Shown: in pieces, positions 6,124 through 12,608 of the stretch
Numbering within the stretch: the first letter of the stretch is position 1
How the letters are laid out: each line of letters opens with the position of its first letter
Origin: an uncultured Candidatus Saccharibacteria bacterium
GTDB taxonomy: Bacteria; Patescibacteriota; Saccharimonadia; Saccharimonadales; CAZYVW01
Direction: 5' to 3'
NCBI GenBank assembly: GCA_964651645.1
Contig: CAZYVW010000002.1
Location: 1 to 33,235 of the forward strand
DNA length: 33,235 bases
Program-made: the position numbers and the translations under genes
Notes under the pieces: model-generated
Database searches by the model: none
Seen by the model: the letters and a program-made list of their open reading frames with translations, nothing else
Told to the model about the DNA's origin: nothing

Positions 6124-8443
6124 GCAACCAGGACTGTTCTTAGTCATTGAAGGCACAGACGGCTCTGGCAAAGGCACTCAGTTTAAAATACTTAAAGAGC
6201 GTTTAGAAACTGAAGGTTACAATGTTGAAACATTTGATTTCCCGCGTTACGACCAGCCTTCCAGCCATTTTGTCCGCGAGTATTTAAATGGTAAATACGG
6301 CACGGCCGAAGAGGTAGGGCCATATACCGGGTCTTTGTTTTACGCTTTGGACCGCTACGAAGCCGCTGCGCAGATTAGACAAGCATTGGAGCAAGGCAAG
6401 ATTGTACTAGCCAACCGCTTTACCGGCTCGAACATGGCGCACCAGGGCACTAAATTTGATAAATCAGAAGAGCGGCGTGGCTACTTTGTGTGGATAGACA
6501 ATTTAGAATTTCAAATGCTCAATATCCCGCGGCCGGACCGCAGTGTTGTCTTACGTGTACCGGCAGAAATTGCTCAAGAATTAGTAGACCAAAAAGCTGA
6601 GCGCAGCTATACAGATAAAAAGCGCGACCTGCACGAAGCCGATATTGAACACATGAAACGGGCCGTAGAAGTCTATGACGACCTCTGCGGATTATTTCCT
6701 AAAGATTTTTTGCGGCTGGACTGCGTTAGAAATGATAAACTACTGGGGATTGATGCAGTCAGCGACTTACTTTGGGGGGCAATTGAGCCGCTGTTGCCAC
6801 CAAAAAATCTCAAGGAGCATGCCATGCCTGCAAAAAATTCCGGCTCAGAGCCTGAAAACCCCTACGTTAGCAAAACCCCAGCTGGCGTCAGTATAACTGC
6901 GGCAGGTAAAAAGTTTTTGGACGAGGCAATTACTAACACTGAGGACAATGTCTACGCCTTTACGAGCAAGCTTTCACCACTAACTATAGCTGCCGCTATG
7001 GCGCGGCTGTCCCGGCGTGGCGACGACATGCGTGTAACTTTGCTTGATGAGTTTGCCTTTGCTATGGACAAAGACAAGCAGCTACTGCACCGGGTAATTA
7101 CAGCTTATGGCGACGATTCTGTACAACAATTAGTTGGGCAACACGTAGTTGTGGAGGGCGCTTCTAACTTGCTAACCAAAAAGTTGGAATGGGGCCGCCT
7201 GGGCTCTTATTTGGAACAATCTACACGCTACATTTACTTTGACCAAAAAGACGCGCACGGCAAGTACAAATACTACGTACCAGCCGACTTAGACGGCAAA
7301 ACTAGTACTCAATACGTAGAAATTATGGACAAGATTTTTGATATTTATTCTGACATGGTTCATAAACTAACCGACTATGTCCAGGCTGGATCCAAAGTAC
7401 CACTTGAAGAGCGAGATATGGCCTGGAAGGGCGCTACCCGCGCCCAGGCTTGTGACGCTATCCGTCCGGTTTTACCAGTGGCTACCAAAGCCACAGTTGG
7501 CATTTTTGACTCTGGCCAGGCCTTAGAAAGCCTGATTATGCATTTGCAGGCTGACGAATTGCCAGAAGCCCAGGAAGTTGGGCAAAAATTATTAGTGGAG
7601 TGCCGCAAAGTTATTGGCACATTTCTGGAGCGAGCCGACAAGCCAGAACGCGGCGGCGCTATGATTGCCTATAAAGCTACCACCCATAAAAACGTTCAAA
7701 AACTAGCCGAAGAATATTTGCCGGAACAACACAGCGAGGACGACACCAACGTTAAGCTAACCAGCGTTTGGCCGCGCAATGAATTGGATCTAGTGCCGGA
7801 AATGCTTTATGAACACACTAATTTGTCGCTGAGCGAGATTAAACAAGCTATAGAAAAGTGGCCATACGAGCGGCGCTTTAAAGTCTTTGAGGCCTACATT
7901 GGCGAGCGGCTTAACCGTCGCCATCGTCCGGGCCGGGCTCTAGAAAAAGCCCACTACAGCTGGGATATCATGTGCGACTACGGCATCTTCCGCGACCTTC
8001 AACGCCACCGCATGGTAGATGACCTGACTTGGCAGCCACTGACGCCGCGCTTTGGCTTTGAAGTTCCGGAACTGGTAGATGAAGCCGGGTTAAGCGACCA
8101 GTTTGAGGAGTGTTTTGACCTTAGTTTGAAACTTTATAGCATCATGCAAGCAGCCGGCTACAATCTGGAAGCCCAATACGCCACGTTGCTAGGACACAAA
8201 ATGCGTTGGAAGGTTACCTACAATGCCCGCGAAGCTTTTCATTTGCATGAGCTACGCACTGCACCGCAGGGTCACCCTGGCTACCGTAAGTTAGTTCAAC
8301 AAATGCACGAAAAAGTCGCCGAAGTTCACCCAATGCTAGCCGAGGCCATGAAATTCGTTAACCGCGACGAAGACCCAGAGCTAACCCGCTTGGCCGCTGA
8401 ACGCTACACGCAGTTCAAGCTTCAGGGCTTGGACCAGTCCTAG
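6116..8443 (+). CDS. fusion protein: N-terminal thymidylate kinase plus C-terminal tandem (two-lobe) ThyX-like FAD-dependent thymidylate synthase
   Basis: 775 aa. Residues 1-~225 are Tmk (VIEGTDGSGKGT, FPRY, LDRY). The rest carries WGRLGSYLEQSTRY (the SxRY half of the ThyX motif) and, about 270 residues later, LQRHRMVDDLTW (the RHR half). GTG start overlaps the dcd stop by 8 nt. Confidence 0.8.
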   Translation: MIKQPGLFLVIEGTDGSGKGTQFKILKERLETEGYNVETFDFPRYDQPSSHFVREYLNGKYGTAEEVGPYTGSLFYALDRYEAAAQIRQALEQGKIVLANRFTGSNMAHQGTKFDKSEERRGYFVWIDNLEFQMLNIPRPDRSVVLRVPAEIAQELVDQKAERSYTDKKRDLHEADIEHMKRAVEVYDDLCGLFPKDFLRLDCVRNDKLLGIDAVSDLLWGAIEPLLPPKNLKEHAMPAKNSGSEPENPYVSKTPAGVSITAAGKKFLDEAITNTEDNVYAFTSKLSPLTIAAAMARLSRRGDDMRVTLLDEFAFAMDKDKQLLHRVITAYGDDSVQQLVGQHVVVEGASNLLTKKLEWGRLGSYLEQSTRYIYFDQKDAHGKYKYYVPADLDGKTSTQYVEIMDKIFDIYSDMVHKLTDYVQAGSKVPLEERDMAWKGATRAQACDAIRPVLPVATKATVGIFDSGQALESLIMHLQADELPEAQEVGQKLLVECRKVIGTFLERADKPERGGAMIAYKATTHKNVQKLAEEYLPEQHSEDDTNVKLTSVWPRNELDLVPEMLYEHTNLSLSEIKQAIEKWPYERRFKVFEAYIGERLNRRHRPGRALEKAHYSWDIMCDYGIFRDLQRHRMVDDLTWQPLTPRFGFEVPELVDEAGLSDQFEECFDLSLKLYSIMQAAGYNLEAQYATLLGHKMRWKVTYNAREAFHLHELRTAPQGHPGYRKLVQQMHEKVAEVHPMLAEAMKFVNRDEDPELTRLAAERYTQFKLQGLDQS

Positions 8444-8876
8444 CGGGTATATGATAATCGTCAGTAGCAGGGAAAACAGGCTCTACTTCTCGAAGCATTA
8501 CATAATCCATATAAGCAGGAACGCCTTCTGGTGTGTAATTTGCCTCGGCCACAAGTTTTGCGCTACCAAAAGATCGTATTTCTAGTGGGTTCCCTTCAAC
8601 TGGTATTACTAACTCTTCTACTCCAACCTGTCTAAGAAATGCCTGATGCATAAGAGTATGAAGTGTATTACCTCTTATAAATAAGGCTACTATTTTTTTG
8701 TCTGGCCCATCTCTATCCATTAAGAACTCGGCAATTCTTAGGGCACACTGAAGAGCATCGTCTTTTGCCTGAACTCTAAGTTTAGGAACACACTCAGTAC
8801 GCCTGAGCCGTTCCAGCAAAGCTAGCTCTTTGTCGTCTGGGGTTGGGGAACCCCTGTAGATATCTTCTATACGCAT
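8415..8876 (-). CDS. hypothetical protein (ORFan C), convergent with and overlapping the thyX 3' end
   Basis: 153-aa ORF with no recognisable motif. Six of 8 Ile are ATA and 8 of 13 Arg are AGR. No SD, but a good promoter ends 9 nt before the ATG, implying a leaderless mRNA. Confidence 0.5.
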   Translation of the reverse strand: MRIEDIYRGSPTPDDKELALLERLRRTECVPKLRVQAKDDALQCALRIAEFLMDRDGPDKKIVALFIRGNTLHTLMHQAFLRQVGVEELVIPVEGNPLEIRSFGSAKLVAEANYTPEGVPAYMDYVMLREVEPVFPATDDYHIPARTGPSPEA

Positions 8877-8885
8877 GAACGTAAG

Positions 8886-8914
8886 ATACTACAGCCAATA
8901 CTCCTCACCGTCAA
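8886..8914 (-). promoter_or_regulatory. putative promoter of ORFan C (leaderless configuration)
   Basis: On the minus strand: TTGACG (8914-8909), a 17-nt spacer, TAGTAT (8891-8886), then 9 nt to ATG 8876. Confidence 0.4.
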
Positions 8915-8922
8915 GCTTGAAG

Positions 8923-8951
8923 TTGACATTTAACAGAGAGCGGAGTATATT
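8923..8951 (+). promoter_or_regulatory. putative strong promoter of rplJ-rplL
   Basis: Consensus -35 TTGACA (8923-8928), a 17-nt spacer, and -10 TATATT (8946-8951). Confidence 0.55.
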
Positions 8952-8957
8952 TAACCA

Positions 8958-9135
8958 ATCGTTACCAAAGACAGCGACGGGCCATTATTAATAAGGGCCT
9001 TGATAATGTCGCCGAGGTAGAAACAATTTATTTGTCTCTATTAAAGTCTTTGGAGAAATCCAAGGACTTTTAGTTTGGTGTAACGGTAAGGTTGCGGTCG
9101 ACAATCCTACAAACTAAAGACCAAAGGAATTATCT
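8958..9135 (+). promoter_or_regulatory. rplJ 5' leader: candidate L10(L12)4 autoregulatory leader with attenuator-like hairpin
   Basis: ~180-nt untranslated leader. It has a GCGAC...GTCGC stem enclosing a GGCC/GGCC hairpin with an asymmetric loop. A 12-bp hairpin follows (9043-9054 pairing with 9059-9070, one G-U pair, GAAA loop), then TAGTTT. Confidence 0.4.
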
Positions 9136-9660
9136 ATGGCATTAACCAAAGATAAGAAAAACGAGCAAGTTGCTGAAGTTAGCGAACTGCTGAAGTCCTC
9201 AAAGCTAACTGTCATTGCGCGGTACCAAGGCACAACTGTCCAGGCTATGCAGGAGCTGCGCAAGCAAGCCCGTGAAAACGGTACTAAGGTCAAAGTAGTT
9301 AAAAACCGTCTTGTTAAAAAGGCACTTGAGACTACAGAAAATCTTAAGGACGTTGACACTAGTAGCTTTGAAGGCATGCTTTTGTATGCTTTCAACAGCG
9401 AGGACGAGGTAGCACCAGCTCAAAGCCTGGCAAATTTTGCCAAAGCTAACCCATCAATTGAATTTGTTGGCGCCATTATGGCGGACGGCAAATTACTAAC
9501 TGCCGATGAGGTTAAATCACTGGCAACCTTGCCAAGTAAAACTGAGCTAGTAGCTCAGGTTGTCGCAATATTAATATCACCTGTTAACGACGTCTTGGGC
9601 GGACTAACAGGCAATCTACATGGTCTGCTTGACGCCATTCAAGCCAAAGCGACCGCTTAA
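9136..9660 (+). CDS. rplJ: 50S ribosomal protein L10
   Basis: 174 aa in the conserved position before rplL, with typical L10 N-terminal features and SD AAAGGAA upstream. Confidence 0.95.
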   Translation: MALTKDKKNEQVAEVSELLKSSKLTVIARYQGTTVQAMQELRKQARENGTKVKVVKNRLVKKALETTENLKDVDTSSFEGMLLYAFNSEDEVAPAQSLANFAKANPSIEFVGAIMADGKLLTADEVKSLATLPSKTELVAQVVAILISPVNDVLGGLTGNLHGLLDAIQAKATA

Positions 9661-9678
9661 ACGAAAGGAACCATTAAC

Positions 9679-10065
9679 ATGGCCACAGATTTAAAGAAAT
9701 TAGCAGAGCAGTTGGTTGGACTAACTGTTCTAGAAGTAAACGAACTTAAAACTATCCTTAAGGATGAGCATGGTATCGAGCCAGCTGCCGCAGCTGTTGC
9801 TGTTGCTGCCGGACCTGCCGCTGGGGGTGAAGGTGCACCCGCTGCTGAGGAAAAGAGCGAATACGACGTAGTTCTAAAAGACGCCGGTGCTCAAAAAGTA
9901 GCAGTCATTAAGGCTGTTAAGGACATTACTGGATTAGGTTTGGGTGAAGCCAAAGCTGTCGTAGACGGTGCACCAAAGCCAGTCCTAGAAAAAGCCAAAA
10001 AAGAAGACGCTGAAGCTGCCAAGAAAACTCTTGAAGAAGCTGGCGCAACTGTTGAATTAAGCTAG
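9679..10065 (+). CDS. rplL: 50S ribosomal protein L7/L12
   Basis: 128 aa with an N-terminal dimerisation helix, an Ala/Pro/Gly hinge ([23 protein letters not shown]) and a C-terminal domain ([30 protein letters not shown]). Confidence 0.97.
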   Translation: MATDLKKLAEQLVGLTVLEVNELKTILKDEHGIEPAAAAVAVAAGPAAGGEGAPAAEEKSEYDVVLKDAGAQKVAVIKAVKDITGLGLGEAKAVVDGAPKPVLEKAKKEDAEAAKKTLEEAGATVELS

Positions 10066-10088
10066 TAATTAATTCAACTAACACTACT

Positions 10089-10118
10089 AACCGCCCCGCG
10101 TGGGCGGTTTTAGTTTTC
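10089..10118 (+). terminator. Rho-independent terminator after rplL
   Basis: AACCGCCC (10089-10096) pairs with GGGCGGTT (10102-10109) around the loop CGCGT, followed by TTAGTTTT. Confidence 0.7.
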
Positions 10119-10214
10119 CACAGGTTTTGTTTACCTCTTTGACTCAAGGGGTGAAACATGGTACTTTGAGGGGGAACTTTAGGGAAACAAACACGGGGAA
10201 GCGAGACCCACTTC

Positions 10215-10721
10215 ATGACAGACGTAGCAGATAAGCAGATTAAGCGCCTAAAAGCGCTGATTACGGAAGCAGAAACTAGTTTAGCGGCCGCCCGCGAACT
10301 ATTAATTAGTTTAGTTGGGGAAGAACCAGGCGCTATGACCGCCGCACTGGATGACAATCTAGGCAAAGTTATAGAAGGTGTCTTTGACGGCCAAAATATG
10401 GTTGGGAGTGATGGCAAAATCTACCCAGTGCCAGCCAACTACGCCTCTAAATCTAAACTAGTCCAAGGTGACATTCTGAAACTAACAATTGCTGACGACG
10501 GGGCATTTATGTACAAGCAAATTGGTCCTGTACCGCGCAAGCAAGTTGTTGGGTTATTAGAACAAGCCGACGGCGCTTATACCGTTAAAGTTGGTGAGAA
10601 GGCCTACCGCGTACTCCTAGCCAGCGTGACCTACTTTAAAGCCAAGCCCGGTGACCAAGTCAGCGTGAACATTCCAGAAGACGACAATGCCGAGTGGGCC
10701 GCTCTGGAAGCCGCCCTCTAG
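10215..10721 (+). CDS. hypothetical protein (N-terminal helix plus two beta-rich repeats)
   Basis: 168-aa ORF with host-like codon use (all Arg codons seen are CGC). No motif is assignable. A putative promoter TTGACT (10139-10144), 17 nt, TACTTT (10162-10167) lies upstream. Confidence 0.65.
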   Translation: MTDVADKQIKRLKALITEAETSLAAARELLISLVGEEPGAMTAALDDNLGKVIEGVFDGQNMVGSDGKIYPVPANYASKSKLVQGDILKLTIADDGAFMYKQIGPVPRKQVVGLLEQADGAYTVKVGEKAYRVLLASVTYFKAKPGDQVSVNIPEDDNAEWAALEAAL

Positions 10722-10737
10722 AACGGCGAGTCCTTAA

Positions 10738-11622
10738 ATGGTTTGGCAACTTGCAATCTCGGTAGCCACGGCCGCTAATGTAACAACAACTCTAATCCGG
10801 CGCCGTTATGCTCAAAAATCATCATCACCCGTAACCTTTCCCCCGGCCGCTGCTTATCTGTTGGGAGTCATGCCGGTTGGATTGTTCGCTGGATTATTCG
10901 TCTTTCCGCATTTTATACATTGGAGTTGGTGGCTAGCCATACTATTGCTGATTGAAGGCAGCGCCATGGCTGTAGCTGGAGCGACAGGGTTTAAGGCTGC
11001 TGGCAAATTAAAAGTAGCTCCACTTCAAACTATCGGACAACTTACTACCGTTGCGGCGATAATTCTTGGGTGGACCGTACTTGGCGAAGGGCTAACCACG
11101 CATCAGTTAATGGGCGGTGCAATTCTGTTTATAGCTGCCTTGATTGCAATTTGGGCGCCTCAGCGTAATGCTCTTCAAATTCTTCAGAAAACACCAAAAC
11201 AATTCATAATGCTGGCTGTAGTTGCTTCTTTGGCTTCAGCAGTTGGTTTAGTAACCGAGAAAGCCGTGTTGGGCCATGTCGATATTGGTGGAGCGTTTCT
11301 GGTTGGGTGGTCGGCACAATGTTTGGCTATGATTTTACTAGCCTCCAAAGATGCCACCATCGACAGGCTGCGAATATTCGCCAAACAAGAGCTGAAGTGG
11401 GCTGTAGTGATGGGCACGGCCAACGGTCTGACAGGTGTTTTTTACGTTTATGCACTTGTTCATTCCAACAATATCTCACTCATTTCTGCCATCGCCTCGA
11501 TTGCATTGCCTTTAACAGTATTGGGCGCTTATTTATTCTTTAAAGAGCGCCAGCACCACTTATTGATGTGGGTTAGTTTAATTGTCAGTTTCATCGGCCT
11601 GCTGGTTTTGTCACTTAGATAG
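10738..11622 (+). CDS. DMT superfamily (EamA-like) permease
   Basis: 294 aa with ~10 predicted TM segments and two-fold EamA-like organisation. Confidence 0.75.
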   Translation: MVWQLAISVATAANVTTTLIRRRYAQKSSSPVTFPPAAAYLLGVMPVGLFAGLFVFPHFIHWSWWLAILLLIEGSAMAVAGATGFKAAGKLKVAPLQTIGQLTTVAAIILGWTVLGEGLTTHQLMGGAILFIAALIAIWAPQRNALQILQKTPKQFIMLAVVASLASAVGLVTEKAVLGHVDIGGAFLVGWSAQCLAMILLASKDATIDRLRIFAKQELKWAVVMGTANGLTGVFYVYALVHSNNISLISAIASIALPLTVLGAYLFFKERQHHLLMWVSLIVSFIGLLVLSLR

Positions 11623-11681
11623 TATTTTTTAGGATGGTCAGTTTCTTCTCTTTTCCCTTTGTCTCAAGCATAATTAGCTAG

Positions 11682-12554
11682 ATGCCTAAAACAGTTATAC
11701 TCTCGCTAATTGTCTATTTTGTCGCCTGTGGCATTAACATGACTTGGCGCAGAAAATTTGCCAAAATAACAAAGCTATCAAGTCCAGTAGTAACGACAAT
11801 TACTTTAGGATTTTTTGTTTGGCCGCTGAGCGTAATTGCAGCAAACGCATTATCTTTGCATGAAAATGTAACAGGGTTGACACTTACTTTTTGGCTTTGC
11901 TGCTTTATCGCTGCTTTAACCCAAATAGGCAGTAGCGCCATAGGCTTTACTAGCCTGCGCACAACAGACGTAGCCAACTACAATCTAATAAGCCAAATAT
12001 ATACGCCAATTAGCATCGGACTAGCTTTTATTTTTTTAAATGAGACCCTTACCTTACCACAAGTTATTGGCACACTCTTCTTACTTGGCGGTACCTATGT
12101 AATTCTTAAGAAAAAACGGGCAAGATTTGACCTTTCAAGAGGCAATATATTGGCGTTGTGCTGCGGTTTGCTGCTAGGAATTGGCACAGTTGTCGCAAGA
12201 CAAGCTATTAGGCAGGGCGGATTAGAGGCTTACATAAAATATGGCTTTCTTATGCAGATGAGTATTTTGCTACTTATATCGGGCAAGACACTTGTTAGAC
12301 AATGGCGTGAGATTAAGAAAAGCTGGAAAGATTTAGTAATTATGGGCCTTGGGCGCTTTGGACAACTATTTGGTTTCCTTGTAGCAACCGTTTACGCAAG
12401 CAATCTTGCTCTTGTAAGCAGTGTCACAACCTTTTCAGTGGTTGTAGTTTTTGCCTGTGGATATATTTTCTTAAATGAGCGTCAGGAACTGTCTAAGAAA
12501 CTAGCCGGTGTGCTACTGGCAGTTACTGGCCTCCTTATAGTTTCGTTAACTTAG
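11682..12554 (+). CDS. DMT superfamily (EamA-like) permease, second tandem copy
   Basis: 290 aa with ~10 TM segments, same architecture as the upstream gene but more AT-rich and AGR-rich. Confidence 0.75.
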   Translation: MPKTVILSLIVYFVACGINMTWRRKFAKITKLSSPVVTTITLGFFVWPLSVIAANALSLHENVTGLTLTFWLCCFIAALTQIGSSAIGFTSLRTTDVANYNLISQIYTPISIGLAFIFLNETLTLPQVIGTLFLLGGTYVILKKKRARFDLSRGNILALCCGLLLGIGTVVARQAIRQGGLEAYIKYGFLMQMSILLLISGKTLVRQWREIKKSWKDLVIMGLGRFGQLFGFLVATVYASNLALVSSVTTFSVVVVFACGYIFLNERQELSKKLAGVLLAVTGLLIVSLT

Positions 12555-12608
12555 AGCCAATACCACAACATCCTGAAGCAAGGTAAGCGAGTATAATAGA
12601 GGCTAACT

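Noticed and set aside
2872-8425. Repeated 10-mer CAAGCTTCAG at 2872-2881 and 8416-8425, plus CAAGCTTG at 8912-8919
   Set aside because: In a 33-kb window hundreds of exact 10-mer pairs are expected by chance (about N^2/2 divided by 4^10). There is no extended similarity around the matches. Only the 8911-8920 palindrome is retained, because of its promoter context.
10148-10200. Four G-tracts (GGGG, GGGGG, GGG, GGGG) in the 5' region of the 168-aa gene as a possible G-quadruplex
   Set aside because: The loops of 8-19 nt are longer than canonical G4 definitions, and part of the region is probably upstream of the transcription start. The evidence is insufficient.
9926-10417. 163-aa minus-strand ORF spanning the rplL 3' end, the terminator and the start of the next gene
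   Set aside because: It is antisense to two well-supported plus-strand features and crosses an intrinsic terminator. It has no RBS and a low-complexity sequence.
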